A stretch of DNA of 64,000 nucleotides. It comes from Bacillota bacterium (GTDB lineage Bacteria; Bacillota; Dethiobacteria; Dethiobacterales; Dethiobacteraceae). Position 1 is the stretch's first letter. Each line of letters opens with the position of its first letter. This document shows positions 29,646-38,714 of this stretch, piece after piece. Location: positions 1,279-65,278 of the forward strand of contig JAAZIQ010000048.1 of the NCBI GenBank assembly GCA_012800795.1. The letters are read 5' to 3'. Under the pieces are notes generated by a model. The model was not told the origin of the DNA and did no database searches. It saw nothing but the letters and a program-made list of their open reading frames with translations. A program made the position numbers and the translations under genes.

Positions 29646-29836
29646 ATATTTTTTTTTGCTTTGGCAATAATAAGGGAAAATCTGCCGGGGTGAAAAATAG
29701 ATGGATAATAAAATACCGTGGAATCGTCAGGAAATATTTCACGATGAAATTGATCAATTCCCCTTATTTGATTATTTCCCTTATCTGGCAAAAGAATCTT
29801 CTGCAGGAGAATCAAGTGCGGATTCTTCAAACCAAG

Positions 29837-29864
29837 AAGGCGTTTAGTAATACGCCTTTTTTTA
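29837..29864 (+). terminator. Rho-independent terminator
   Basis: AAGGCGT/ACGCCTT stem plus T-run. Confidence 0.75.
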
Positions 29865-29886
29865 TTAAAAATGCCAGCTAAAATTG

Positions 29887-31419
29887 CTAGCATTGATTTT
29901 CTTCCTCCTTTTGCAGGGCTAATAATTTGTTTAAACCATTCAAATATGCACGTACGGAAGCCTCAACAATATCTGTTGAAGTGCCGCGTCCCACAACAGT
30001 TTTATTTTCGTATCTCAGGATGATAGATACCTCGCCTAAGGCATCACGCCCCTCCGTAACACCGCGCAGATTGTAGTTTTCCAGACGCGGCTGAAAACCT
30101 GTGATTTTATCGATGGCGTTGTAGGCAGCATCTAGCGGACCGCTGCCGGTCTGCATTTCCACATAAATCTCATTATCTTTTCTAAGTTTAACAATCGCTG
30201 CCGGTATACTGTTGGAACCACCAATAGTCTGTAAATATTCTAAACTATAAACTGTTTGAGCATATGTAATCTTTTCATTCATCAGTGCTTCCAGATCATC
30301 ACTTAATACTTCTTTTTTTCTTACGGCCAGTTCCAGAAAGCGTGTATAGAATTCTGCAAACTCTTCTTCAGTTAGGGAATAACCTAATTCCTTTAACTGA
30401 TTATATACTGCATGACGTCCGGAATGGGCTGTCAAGGCCATATTGGCAGCTTTGCCGCCTATCAAGTCAGCATTAATAATTTCGTAAGTTGCAGTATTTT
30501 TAAAAATGCCTTCCTGATGAAAATCAGCAGAATGCACAAAGGCATTAGTTCCGACCACTGCTTTATTGACCGGTATAGGTACTCCCATTAAGTTTGATAC
30601 TAAACGGCTTGTTTTATAAATTTCATCCATTTTAATCTCATGATAATAGTTTTGGAAAAAATCATGACGAATTAGCATTGCTACAACGATTTCTTCCAAC
30701 GCAGCATTTCCTGCCCGCTCACCAATACCATTAATATTGCATTCAATTTGACGTGCACCATTTTGTATGGCAGCGAGGGAATTAGCAACGGCCAGTCCCA
30801 GATCATTATGACAGTGAACACTAACGATAGTCTTATCAATATTGGGAACTCTATTCATAATATTACGAATCAAGCCCCCAAATTGTTCCGGCACTGCGTA
30901 ACCAACAGTGTCAGGAATATTAATTACAGTGGCTCCAGCATCAATCACAGCTTCAATAATACGACACATATAATCAAGTTCGCTTCTTGTTGCATCTACT
31001 AGAGAATATTGAATATCTGTAGTATACTGTTTTGCATATTTTACTGCTTCTACACCGATTTTTAAGACTGCTTCCGGGTCTTTACCTAATTGATATTGTA
31101 TATGGATAGGTGAAGAAGAAAGAATAATATGTATGCGGGGCCGCGGTGAATCTTTAATTGCTTCCCAGGCAGCATCAATATCCGCTTTTGAAGCCCGTGC
31201 CAAAGCTGTAATAATAGGTCCTCTCACTTCTCTGGCTATTTTCTGGACTGCCTTAAAATCATCGGGAGAAGAAAAGGGGGTCCCACATTCGATAACATCC
31301 ACATTGAGTTTTGCCAATTGCTGGGCAATCTTCAATTTTTCCTCTAAATTTAGTTTAGCCCCAAGGGATTGTTCTCCGTCGCGCAGCGTAGAATCAAAAA
31401 TCATTATTTTTTCAGCCAT
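29887..31419 (-). CDS. 2-isopropylmalate synthase / (R)-citramalate synthase family
   Basis: IFDSTLRDGEQS, HCHNDLGLA and a C-terminal LeuA-dimer domain. Start set at ATG 31419 after GGGGAGG. Confidence 0.9.
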   Translation of the reverse strand: MAEKIMIFDSTLRDGEQSLGAKLNLEEKLKIAQQLAKLNVDVIECGTPFSSPDDFKAVQKIAREVRGPIITALARASKADIDAAWEAIKDSPRPRIHIILSSSPIHIQYQLGKDPEAVLKIGVEAVKYAKQYTTDIQYSLVDATRSELDYMCRIIEAVIDAGATVINIPDTVGYAVPEQFGGLIRNIMNRVPNIDKTIVSVHCHNDLGLAVANSLAAIQNGARQIECNINGIGERAGNAALEEIVVAMLIRHDFFQNYYHEIKMDEIYKTSRLVSNLMGVPIPVNKAVVGTNAFVHSADFHQEGIFKNTATYEIINADLIGGKAANMALTAHSGRHAVYNQLKELGYSLTEEEFAEFYTRFLELAVRKKEVLSDDLEALMNEKITYAQTVYSLEYLQTIGGSNSIPAAIVKLRKDNEIYVEMQTGSGPLDAAYNAIDKITGFQPRLENYNLRGVTEGRDALGEVSIILRYENKTVVGRGTSTDIVEASVRAYLNGLNKLLALQKEEENQC

Positions 31420-31670
31420 AAATAAATCCTCCCCATTTACTTTAAACAACACTATACTAACATAAAAAAACTTTTCGCCGTTTTATGGCGATAAGTTTAG
31501 CAGTCAATCTAATATGATGGATACATCCAGATGCTTGCAAACTTTTTGCCATATGGAAATTTTAAAATATCATAACAAAAAAATGCAAAAAGTCAAGGAT
31601 TTGTGTGATTTGGGATTTTTATGTGTAACCAGCTATAATAGATACAAAAAAAGTCAAATAGGGTGAACAA

Positions 31671-32645
31671 ATGGAAGGTAAATTTTTTGCTGCCCTAGAT
31701 GTGGGTGGAACAAAAATTTATACTGTCGTCGCTAACGAGAAACTGCAGATTTTGGCACAACAGGAAAGGCCCACTGCGGCGGCAGCTGGTCCTAAGGCGG
31801 TAATAGAGCAAATATACTTTTCACTGCAGCAAACAACAGCTAAAGCAAAAATCAAGAAAAACGATTTACAGGCAGTAGGTATTTGTATTGCCGGCTTTTA
31901 TGATCACCGACGTAAGCTGCTGCGCAATTCGCCAAATCTTAAAGGGTGGGATGATATAGCCCTAAGCGAGATAATGGCAAAAAAAATAGGCCTACCGGTT
32001 CTGGTGGAAAATGACGCCAACGCCGCAGCTTTAGGCGAAGCATTGTACGGTGCAGCTTATGGACATGATAATGTTGTTTTTATTACAGTTAGTACAGGTA
32101 TTGGTGCAGGGCTAATTCTAAATAACAAGATCTATCGAGGAGAAGAGGGCTTTGCCGGTGAATTGGGTCATGTAATAGTAGCTCCCGGAGGTCCTCTGTG
32201 CGGCTGTGGTCAGCGCGGCTGTTTAGAAGCTATGGCTTCAGGTACAGCCATTGCACGAGAAGCACAATCCGCCATAGATGCTCATAAAAACACAATTTTA
32301 AAAAAACTGGCGGCAGAAAAGACTATCAACGCCAAAGATGTTTTTGCCGCAGCCGCACAAAATGACACTTTGGCGCAAGACATTGTCAATAAGGCTTTTT
32401 TTTATCTTGCCATTGGCACAGCCAATATCATTAATCTTTTAAATCCTTCTGTGGTGGTTCTGGGTGGCGGAATAATGAATAACGCCGATAAATTTTTATT
32501 TCAAGCTTTGCAAAAGAATATAATAAGTTATACCTCTGCTGCAATGCAAAATATTCAAATTAAACGGGCAATTCTGGGTCCGGAAGCAGGAGTAAAAGGA
32601 ATGCTAGGCCTTCTGAGGGCAAATGGCGAAAAAGGCAGGTCTTAA
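31671..32645 (+). CDS. ROK family glucokinase
   Basis: DVGGTK, ENDANAAALGE and Zn motif CGCGQRGCLE. Confidence 0.85.
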   Translation: MEGKFFAALDVGGTKIYTVVANEKLQILAQQERPTAAAAGPKAVIEQIYFSLQQTTAKAKIKKNDLQAVGICIAGFYDHRRKLLRNSPNLKGWDDIALSEIMAKKIGLPVLVENDANAAALGEALYGAAYGHDNVVFITVSTGIGAGLILNNKIYRGEEGFAGELGHVIVAPGGPLCGCGQRGCLEAMASGTAIAREAQSAIDAHKNTILKKLAAEKTINAKDVFAAAAQNDTLAQDIVNKAFFYLAIGTANIINLLNPSVVVLGGGIMNNADKFLFQALQKNIISYTSAAMQNIQIKRAILGPEAGVKGMLGLLRANGEKGRS

Positions 32646-32704
32646 CTGTTTTGGCAGGATAAATTACTTAAAATGTAGAATTTGCATTACACAGAGGTGA
32701 TAAG

Positions 32705-33391
32705 ATGATAGAAGCAATATTATTTGATTTAGACGGTACATTGCTTGATGTTGATATGGATGATTTCCTAGATCGCTATATGCTGAAGTTAGCAGCATGT
32801 TTCTCCGCAGACGAAAAGAGCTTTACAAAAAATCTCTGGACTTCGACCAGCGCCATGATTAATAATAAAGACCCTCAAATTACCAATGAAGAAGCTTTTA
32901 TGGAGCACTTTTTAACTTGGATTAACCATCCCCGCAACGAGGTAATGCAAAGAATTCATGATTTTTACGAAAAAGTATTTCCTACCTTACAAGCCACAGC
33001 GGGCCCCTTTCCTCATACAGAAGCAGCAGTAGCTGCAGCCCGCAAACTGCAGTGTCCCTTAGTACTGGCCACCAATCCCATTTTTCCCATGGTCGCCATT
33101 CGGCACCGCATGAAGTGGGCAGGCTTGCAGGAAAAAGATTTTGCACTAATTACGGCATATGAGAATATGCATTTTGCTAAACCCAATCCCGACTACTATT
33201 TGGAAATCGCCCAAATACTTGGCGTTAATCCTGCACGATGCCTTATGGTAGGAAATGATCCGGTATTTGATATCCGTGCAGCAGCTGAAGCAGGACTAAT
33301 CACATACTTTGTGGATGAATCACTTCCGGGTTTAAATAAAAACAGAGGGCGTCTTGCCGACTTCCCGCAGTTTCTTAACTCATTAACATAG
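32705..33391 (+). CDS. HAD superfamily hydrolase
   Basis: FDLDGTLLD motif I and GNDPVFD motif IV. Confidence 0.8.
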   Translation: MIEAILFDLDGTLLDVDMDDFLDRYMLKLAACFSADEKSFTKNLWTSTSAMINNKDPQITNEEAFMEHFLTWINHPRNEVMQRIHDFYEKVFPTLQATAGPFPHTEAAVAAARKLQCPLVLATNPIFPMVAIRHRMKWAGLQEKDFALITAYENMHFAKPNPDYYLEIAQILGVNPARCLMVGNDPVFDIRAAAEAGLITYFVDESLPGLNKNRGRLADFPQFLNSLT

Positions 33392-33408
33392 GTAGAGGAG
33401 GAAAATTC

Positions 33409-35211
33409 ATGTCGCTTCCATACAAAGAAACAAAATTACATGAAGTGTCGCAGCACTTGGTGGATGTGGCCATGGGGCGCAAACCGGCTGACTTGGTTAT
33501 TCGTAACGCCAGTTTAGTAAATGTGCATACAGCCGAAATAATCCCGCGAACAGACGTTGCCATAGCCTTTGGACGAATTGCGCTGGTAGGTCAGGCAAAA
33601 CATACAATTGGTGATAATACAGTAGTCATTGATGCCGATGGAGCTTATTTGACACCGGGTTTTTTAGACGGTCACATTCATGTCGAAAGCAGTATGGTAA
33701 CAGTTACCGGATTTGCACAAGCAGTCATTCCCTTTGGTACAACAGGTATTTTCATGGATCCTCACGAAATTGCCAACGTCCTGGGTGTAGAGGGTATTCG
33801 CCTCATGCATGAAGAAGGCAAGAATGTTCCTCTACGGGTCTTTACTACCGTTCCTTCTTGTGTTCCTGCTGCACCGGGAATGGAAGATGCAGGAGCCAAG
33901 CTCGGCCCTGAAGACATTAGAGAAGTACTTACTTGGGATGGTGTAGTAGGCCTCGGGGAAATGATGAATTACCCCGGTGTGCTGGCAAACAACACAGATG
34001 TACAAGCCATCATAAAAGAAACACTGGCAGCCAATAAGGTTGTCACAGGTCATTTTGCCATGCCGGCAACTGATCATCATTTGCAAGCCTATTTAGCTGC
34101 CGGTATTACTTCCTGTCATGAATCTGTTACAAAAGAAGATACATTGGCTAAATTACGCAGTGGTATGTACACAATGCTACGTGAAGGTTCTGCCTGGCAT
34201 GATGTAAAAGAAACTATCCGTGCCGTGACTGAACATCAAATAGATACTAGTTTTTGTCTTCTCTGTTCAGATGATACACACCCTGAAACTATACTTTCTC
34301 GCGGACATTTAAATTATGTTGTCAAAAGAGCCATCGAAGAAGGACTAAACCCAATTCGCGCGATACAAATGGTCACTATTAATACGGCACGTTATTTCCG
34401 CTGTGACGGAGATCTAGGCAGCATAGCCCCCGGCAAATATGCCGATCTGCTTTTAATCTCAGATCTTACCCGCGTAACAGTTGATAATGTAATCATTGCC
34501 GGCACCATTGTGGCGGAAAATGGGAAAATATTAATAAAGACATCCACGCCGCAATACCCGGATTTTGCCCGCAAGTCTTTACGTCTGGCAAAACCACTGC
34601 AAACAAAAGATTTTCACATTTCCGCCCCACAAAGCAAGGGTACTGCAAAAGTTCGCGTGATACAAATAGAAGAAGCACAGGTTACTACACATGAACAAAT
34701 AAGAACTGTTCCTATAAGAGATGGGCTAATTTGTGCCGACCCGACAACCGACTTAGCTAAAATTGCCGTATTTGACCGTCACCATGAAAACGGCAGTTAT
34801 GCTTTAGGATTTGTCACCGGTTTTGGCTTCACCCACGGCGCCGTAGCCTCCACTGTAGCTCACGACAGCCACAACTTATTAATTGTCGGCACCAATGATG
34901 AAGATATGGCATTAGCCGGAAATGTTCTGGTAGAGCAGGGAGGAGGAATGGTAGCAGTAGCTGACGGCAAGGTACTGGCTCTTGTTTCCTTACCGGTGGC
35001 CGGTTTAATGTCAGACCGCCCGGTTGAAGAAGTAGCTGCTGCGGTGGCGAAACTTTCTAAGGCCTGGAAGGAATTGGGCTGCAGTTTACTTTCTCCTTTT
35101 ATGACTATGGCCATGTTATCTTTGCCGGTAATTCCGTCCTTACGCCTCACAAACCGTGGGCTAGTCAATGTTAATAATTTCTCCATCACCAATCTCATTT
35201 TGGACGAGTAA
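33409..35211 (+). CDS. ade: Adenine deaminase
   Basis: Amidohydrolase FLDGHIHVESSM motif and about 600 aa, typical of Ade. Confidence 0.88.
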   Translation: MSLPYKETKLHEVSQHLVDVAMGRKPADLVIRNASLVNVHTAEIIPRTDVAIAFGRIALVGQAKHTIGDNTVVIDADGAYLTPGFLDGHIHVESSMVTVTGFAQAVIPFGTTGIFMDPHEIANVLGVEGIRLMHEEGKNVPLRVFTTVPSCVPAAPGMEDAGAKLGPEDIREVLTWDGVVGLGEMMNYPGVLANNTDVQAIIKETLAANKVVTGHFAMPATDHHLQAYLAAGITSCHESVTKEDTLAKLRSGMYTMLREGSAWHDVKETIRAVTEHQIDTSFCLLCSDDTHPETILSRGHLNYVVKRAIEEGLNPIRAIQMVTINTARYFRCDGDLGSIAPGKYADLLLISDLTRVTVDNVIIAGTIVAENGKILIKTSTPQYPDFARKSLRLAKPLQTKDFHISAPQSKGTAKVRVIQIEEAQVTTHEQIRTVPIRDGLICADPTTDLAKIAVFDRHHENGSYALGFVTGFGFTHGAVASTVAHDSHNLLIVGTNDEDMALAGNVLVEQGGGMVAVADGKVLALVSLPVAGLMSDRPVEEVAAAVAKLSKAWKELGCSLLSPFMTMAMLSLPVIPSLRLTNRGLVNVNNFSITNLILDE

Positions 35212-35236
35212 TGGAAAACAAAAAACAGGAAATACT

Positions 35237-35266
35237 AAAAGAGCTCTGAGATTGAGCTCTTTTTTA
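35237..35266 (+). terminator. Rho-independent terminator after ade
   Basis: AAAAGAGCTC/GAGCTCTTTT stem plus T-run. Confidence 0.85.
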
Positions 35267-35290
35267 GTATAAGAGAAAGGTGAGATCTCC

Positions 35291-35671
35291 ATGAAATCAA
35301 GGGTAGTACTGGCGGAATTTCGCTCAAAGGATACTGCCAAGCAGGCAGTACAAAAACTGGACGAGCACGGTATTAGAAATGTCTCTTTGCAGCAAATTGG
35401 CAACACACCTATCGAAGGTATAGATACCATGAGTAATGCCTATGCAGGCGAATTGCCGCTCTTTGCACGCGGCATCAAAGGCAGCGACATTGCCATTGAA
35501 GGAAGAACCGATGCTTTACTTTACAACCGGGAGTCAGCTGAAAAAATAATGGGAGAAGGGAATAAAGTCGTAAATGCTTATCTTATTACAGTAGAAGCCA
35601 CCACCCAGGAGGAAACACGGTTAGTAGAAAAAATTTTGCGGCAATACGGAGCCGCTATCCACATCAAATAA
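35291..35671 (+). CDS. Hypothetical protein (126 aa)
   Basis: AAAGGTGAG RBS and a clean ORF. No confident family (the N-terminus is vaguely general-stress YflT-like). Confidence 0.55.
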   Translation: MKSRVVLAEFRSKDTAKQAVQKLDEHGIRNVSLQQIGNTPIEGIDTMSNAYAGELPLFARGIKGSDIAIEGRTDALLYNRESAEKIMGEGNKVVNAYLITVEATTQEETRLVEKILRQYGAAIHIK

Positions 35672-35698
35672 GACAAAATTATAAAAACTCCTCCTCAT

Positions 35699-35743
35699 AT
35701 AGCTTATATCTATTACTCAAATTGCTTTATAGGTATAAGCTAT
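35699..35743. repeat. 15-bp inverted repeat (14/15) with a 15-nt spacer
   Basis: ATAGCTTATATCTAT pairs with ATAGGTATAAGCTAT, followed by TTTTACTTT. It could be a terminator for the upstream ORF or an operator for yedE. Confidence 0.6.
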
Positions 35744-35815
35744 TTTACTTTCCTTCAACTATACACTTAACATTTATAAGTAGAGTCTAGAATAATGAAA
35801 GGGAGGAGTTAGCAC

Positions 35816-36901
35816 TTGAAAAACTTTTTAGCATCACGACGCGGAATCATATTTGTTGGCGGCGTTATTGGAATTTTAGCAGCATTTCTGCAAAAATTGG
35901 GCAACCCTGGCAACATGGGTATTTGTGTAGCCTGCTTTGAGCGCGATATTGCAGGAGGGTTGGGGCTCCATAGAGCACCCATTGTTCAATATGTACGTCC
36001 GGAAATAATCGGTCTTGTTTTAGGTGCTTTTATAGCTGCTTATCTTTTTAAAGAATTTAAACCTCGCTCGGGCTCCGCTCCGCTTGTCAGATTTATTCTC
36101 GGAGCTTTTGCCATGATTGGAGCACTAGTCTTTTTAGGTTGTCCCTGGAGAGCTTTACTTCGTTTGGCAGGCGGAGATGGCAACGCCATTTTAGGTTTAC
36201 TTGGATTAACAGTCGGTGTTTGGATCGGTACCATCTTTTTGAAAAACGGTTATACTTTAGGACGTACACAAAAAACTTACAAAGCTGCCGGCTTTGTTTT
36301 CCCCTTGCTAATGGTGGGACTATTAGTAGCTGTGCTGCTCAACCCTCAAGTTGAAGGGGCAGAAAAAAGCGGTATTTTATTTTACAGCCTCGAAGGTCCT
36401 GGATCAATGCATGCACCGCTTATAATCTCACTTTTATTTGCTATAGTCATAGGCTTTTTGGCACAGCGTAGCCGTTTTTGCACCATGGGGGCAGTGCGAG
36501 ACTTGATTTTATTTAAGCACACACATCTTTTCAGCGGCGTAGTCAGTTTAGTAGTTGCAGCATTTATCACCAATATTATCTTTAAACAATTTAATCCTGG
36601 TTTTAGCGGTCAACCGGTAGCGCATACAATGCATCTCTGGAATTTTGCCGGCATGGTATTAGCAGGATTGGCTTTTGCTTTAGCCGGAGGTTGCCCCGGC
36701 CGACAGCTCTTTTTGGCAGGTGAAGGTGACGGCGATGCTGCCATTTTTGCCCTCGGCATGATAATAGGAGCCGCATTCGCCCATAATTTTGGCTTGGCCA
36801 GCTCAACCGCAGGTGCTACACCTGCTGGTATGGTAGCAACAGTAATAGGTCTAATAGTCTGCATGCTAATAGGTCTTACCATGAGAGAAAAAGTAGTCTA
36901 A
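35816..36901 (+). CDS. YedE/YeeE family sulfur/selenium-compound transporter
   Basis: Multi-TM protein with two conserved Cys loops (GICVACFERD, SRFCTMGAVRD). TTG start after GGGAGGAG. Confidence 0.85.
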   Translation: MKNFLASRRGIIFVGGVIGILAAFLQKLGNPGNMGICVACFERDIAGGLGLHRAPIVQYVRPEIIGLVLGAFIAAYLFKEFKPRSGSAPLVRFILGAFAMIGALVFLGCPWRALLRLAGGDGNAILGLLGLTVGVWIGTIFLKNGYTLGRTQKTYKAAGFVFPLLMVGLLVAVLLNPQVEGAEKSGILFYSLEGPGSMHAPLIISLLFAIVIGFLAQRSRFCTMGAVRDLILFKHTHLFSGVVSLVVAAFITNIIFKQFNPGFSGQPVAHTMHLWNFAGMVLAGLAFALAGGCPGRQLFLAGEGDGDAAIFALGMIIGAAFAHNFGLASSTAGATPAGMVATVIGLIVCMLIGLTMREKVV

Positions 36902-36914
36902 GGAGGTGCAAAAG

Positions 36915-37130
36915 ATGAGTAAAATAATAGACGCTAGGGGCCTTTCCTGCCCACAGCCTGTTATGTTAACTATTAATGAGCTAGAAAATACCACTGAAAC
37001 TCAACTGGAAATCTTGGTTGACACCGATACTGCAAAAGAAAATGTAACCCGAGCCATAACTTCACAAGGATGGCAGGTTGCAAAAATTGAAACTTTGGAT
37101 GATGAATATAAAATAGTCATAAAAAAATAA
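36915..37130 (+). CDS. TusA/SirA (YedF/YeeD)-like sulfurtransferase
   Basis: DARGLSCPQP CPxP motif, 71 aa, AAGGAGG RBS. Confidence 0.8.
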   Translation: MSKIIDARGLSCPQPVMLTINELENTTETQLEILVDTDTAKENVTRAITSQGWQVAKIETLDDEYKIVIKK

Positions 37131-37152
37131 GCTTATCAATTTTTAGGGAACT

Positions 37153-37198
37153 AAAGCCCCACCTTCCACGTCAAAAAAGAAATGGGAGGTGGGGCTTT
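37153..37198 (+). other. 12-bp GC-rich hairpin covering the SD and start of the next gene
   Basis: AAAGCCCCACCT pairs with AGGTGGGGCTTT. The 3' arm contains GGAGGTGGGG and the TTG at 37197. Confidence 0.6.
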
Positions 37199-37523
37199 GC
37201 GTAAGCTTACATTTTTATTATTCTTTGTTATTGCAATGCTTCTAACAGCCTGCGCCAACAATAAAACTTTTACTGCCACTGTGCTGGAAAACAATGAAAC
37301 TTCAATACTGGTGCAGCCTGAAGCTAATGCCACAGAGGCAAAATCGGCTGATAAAATAACAATTTCACTTAAAGATGCAGTCATTTTAGATATCAATGAA
37401 ACCAAAACAAATGTTTCTGAAATTAAAGTTGGTAAAAAAATCGAAATTTCTTATGACGGTGTCATTGCTGAAAGTTACCCGGCGCAAATTAACAATTGCT
37501 ATCAGATAAAACTGTTAGATTAG
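37197..37523 (+). CDS. Small lipoprotein (DUF3221/YobA-like)
   Basis: Lipobox LLTAC and an AESYPAQ motif near the C-terminus. Start is uncertain (TTG 37197 or ATG 37182). Confidence 0.7.
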   Translation: MRKLTFLLFFVIAMLLTACANNKTFTATVLENNETSILVQPEANATEAKSADKITISLKDAVILDINETKTNVSEIKVGKKIEISYDGVIAESYPAQINNCYQIKLLD

Positions 37524-37581
37524 CAGTACAAAAAAGAGAGGAGCAATTACTAAAAAATTGCCCTCTCATAAAATTTTAATA

Positions 37582-37609
37582 ACGTCCGATAATATATATT
37601 ATGTTAACT
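37582..37609. other. dif: dif chromosome-dimer resolution site (Xer recombinase target)
   Basis: ACGTCCGATAATATATATTATGTTAACT matches 24/28 of B. subtilis dif as I recall it. It lies in an AT-rich gene-free gap at the coding-strand switch. Confidence 0.8.
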
Positions 37610-37904
37610 ATGCGATATTTTAAAAGAAAATAGAATTCAGTTTTGTTATACGTTGAAATAAATTTTAACGAAAAAAATGCATCCGATTATATTGAGGAAA
37701 CTCATACTCATACAAAGTCAATCCTATCAAATTCACTATTACCCAAAGAAAAATTAATTAAAATAGCCAAAAGCATGGATAACTAGTAAGTAGTAAAAAA
37801 ATAAAATATTATTTATAACGAATTACCTCCTTTTACGTTTATATTCTAGAAGCAATAAAAAGGGTAATATTTTGGTTATAGAGTAGAAAGCTGCTTCTTC
37901 TTGA

Positions 37905-38676
37905 TCATGCTTTCTTTAAAGTAACAACAACCAATTCCGGCCGATTAAAAACACGGACGGGGAAAATACTGTTCCCTAGACCACGACTTACAACCATGGA
38001 GGTGGCACCACTGCTGTAGACTCCAGCGGTATATTGGGGAAATAGGCCTTGGTTAGGCGCTATTAAACCGCCGATAAAGGGCAATCTTATTTGTCCTCCA
38101 TGGGCGTGACCGCTAAAAACCAAGTCTATCTGCAGATCACTGTATAATTCAAAAAGCTCCGGACGGTGGGAAAGCAGGATGTTAAATTTGGTGTCTATAC
38201 CGTCTAACAAGTTTTTCAGTTCAGCTTCAACATAACGGGAACCATCATCCCATAGGTAGGATTCTTCACTTTGATGGACGGCAGGATCGGCTAAACCTAA
38301 AAGACCGATCCTGCCTCCTTTTTTTTCAATTACTGCGTATGAATTATCCATGATATTTACATTTAATACTTCTAATTTTCTTTTTAAAGTAGTATAAAGA
38401 CCGGATAACTGCTCATGGTTACCCGAAACATAGTATGTAGGCGCTACTTTTACTACTTCTCGCATAAATTTTTCTGCCGCTTCAATATTTGTATTTCGCC
38501 GATCAATGAGGTCCCCCGTTATCACAATTATCTCAGGATTTAGCTTCCTGATTTTTTCTATTAGTTTGCCTTGAAAATCTTTATTATGCAGATCTGAAAT
38601 GTGTGCAATTGTAAAATTATTGAAAGCCGCAGGTAATTTAGGACTGGCATTTGATCCATTTTTTCCTGTTTCCCAT
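37905..38676 (-). pseudogene. Calcineurin-like metallophosphoesterase, frameshifted at an A6 run near the 5' end
   Basis: ATG 38676 has an AGAGAGG RBS but stops after 12 codons. The +1 frame continues into ...FTIAHISDLH...GDLIDR...GNHE...GHAHGG. Confidence 0.7.
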
Positions 38677-38714
38677 AAATAACCTCTCTAAATTACGGCT
38701 TAAAAGCATTATTA

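Noticed and set aside
29615-29893. ORFs 29615..29893 (-) and 29690..29881 (+) between the yneA-like gene and cimA/leuA
   Set aside because: They overlap each other and neighbouring gene ends, lack RBSs and have basic low-complexity translations. The interval is more likely a 3' UTR ending at the terminator at 29837.
31440-31600. Possible attenuator or leader peptide in the cimA/leuA 5' leader on the - strand
   Set aside because: The candidate stem (UCGCC/GGCGA) is only 5 bp and is separated from the U-run by AAAG. The 31-codon ORF has no RBS and no tandem Leu/Ile codons, and no T-box core sequence is visible. The evidence is too weak to report.
37634-37786. 50-codon open frame beside dif with an XRE-like C-terminal segment
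   Set aside because: It has no ATG or GTG start, and its only TTG lacks an RBS. The similarity rests on about 12 residues. I treat it as possible debris rather than a gene (discussed under the AT-rich gap finding).
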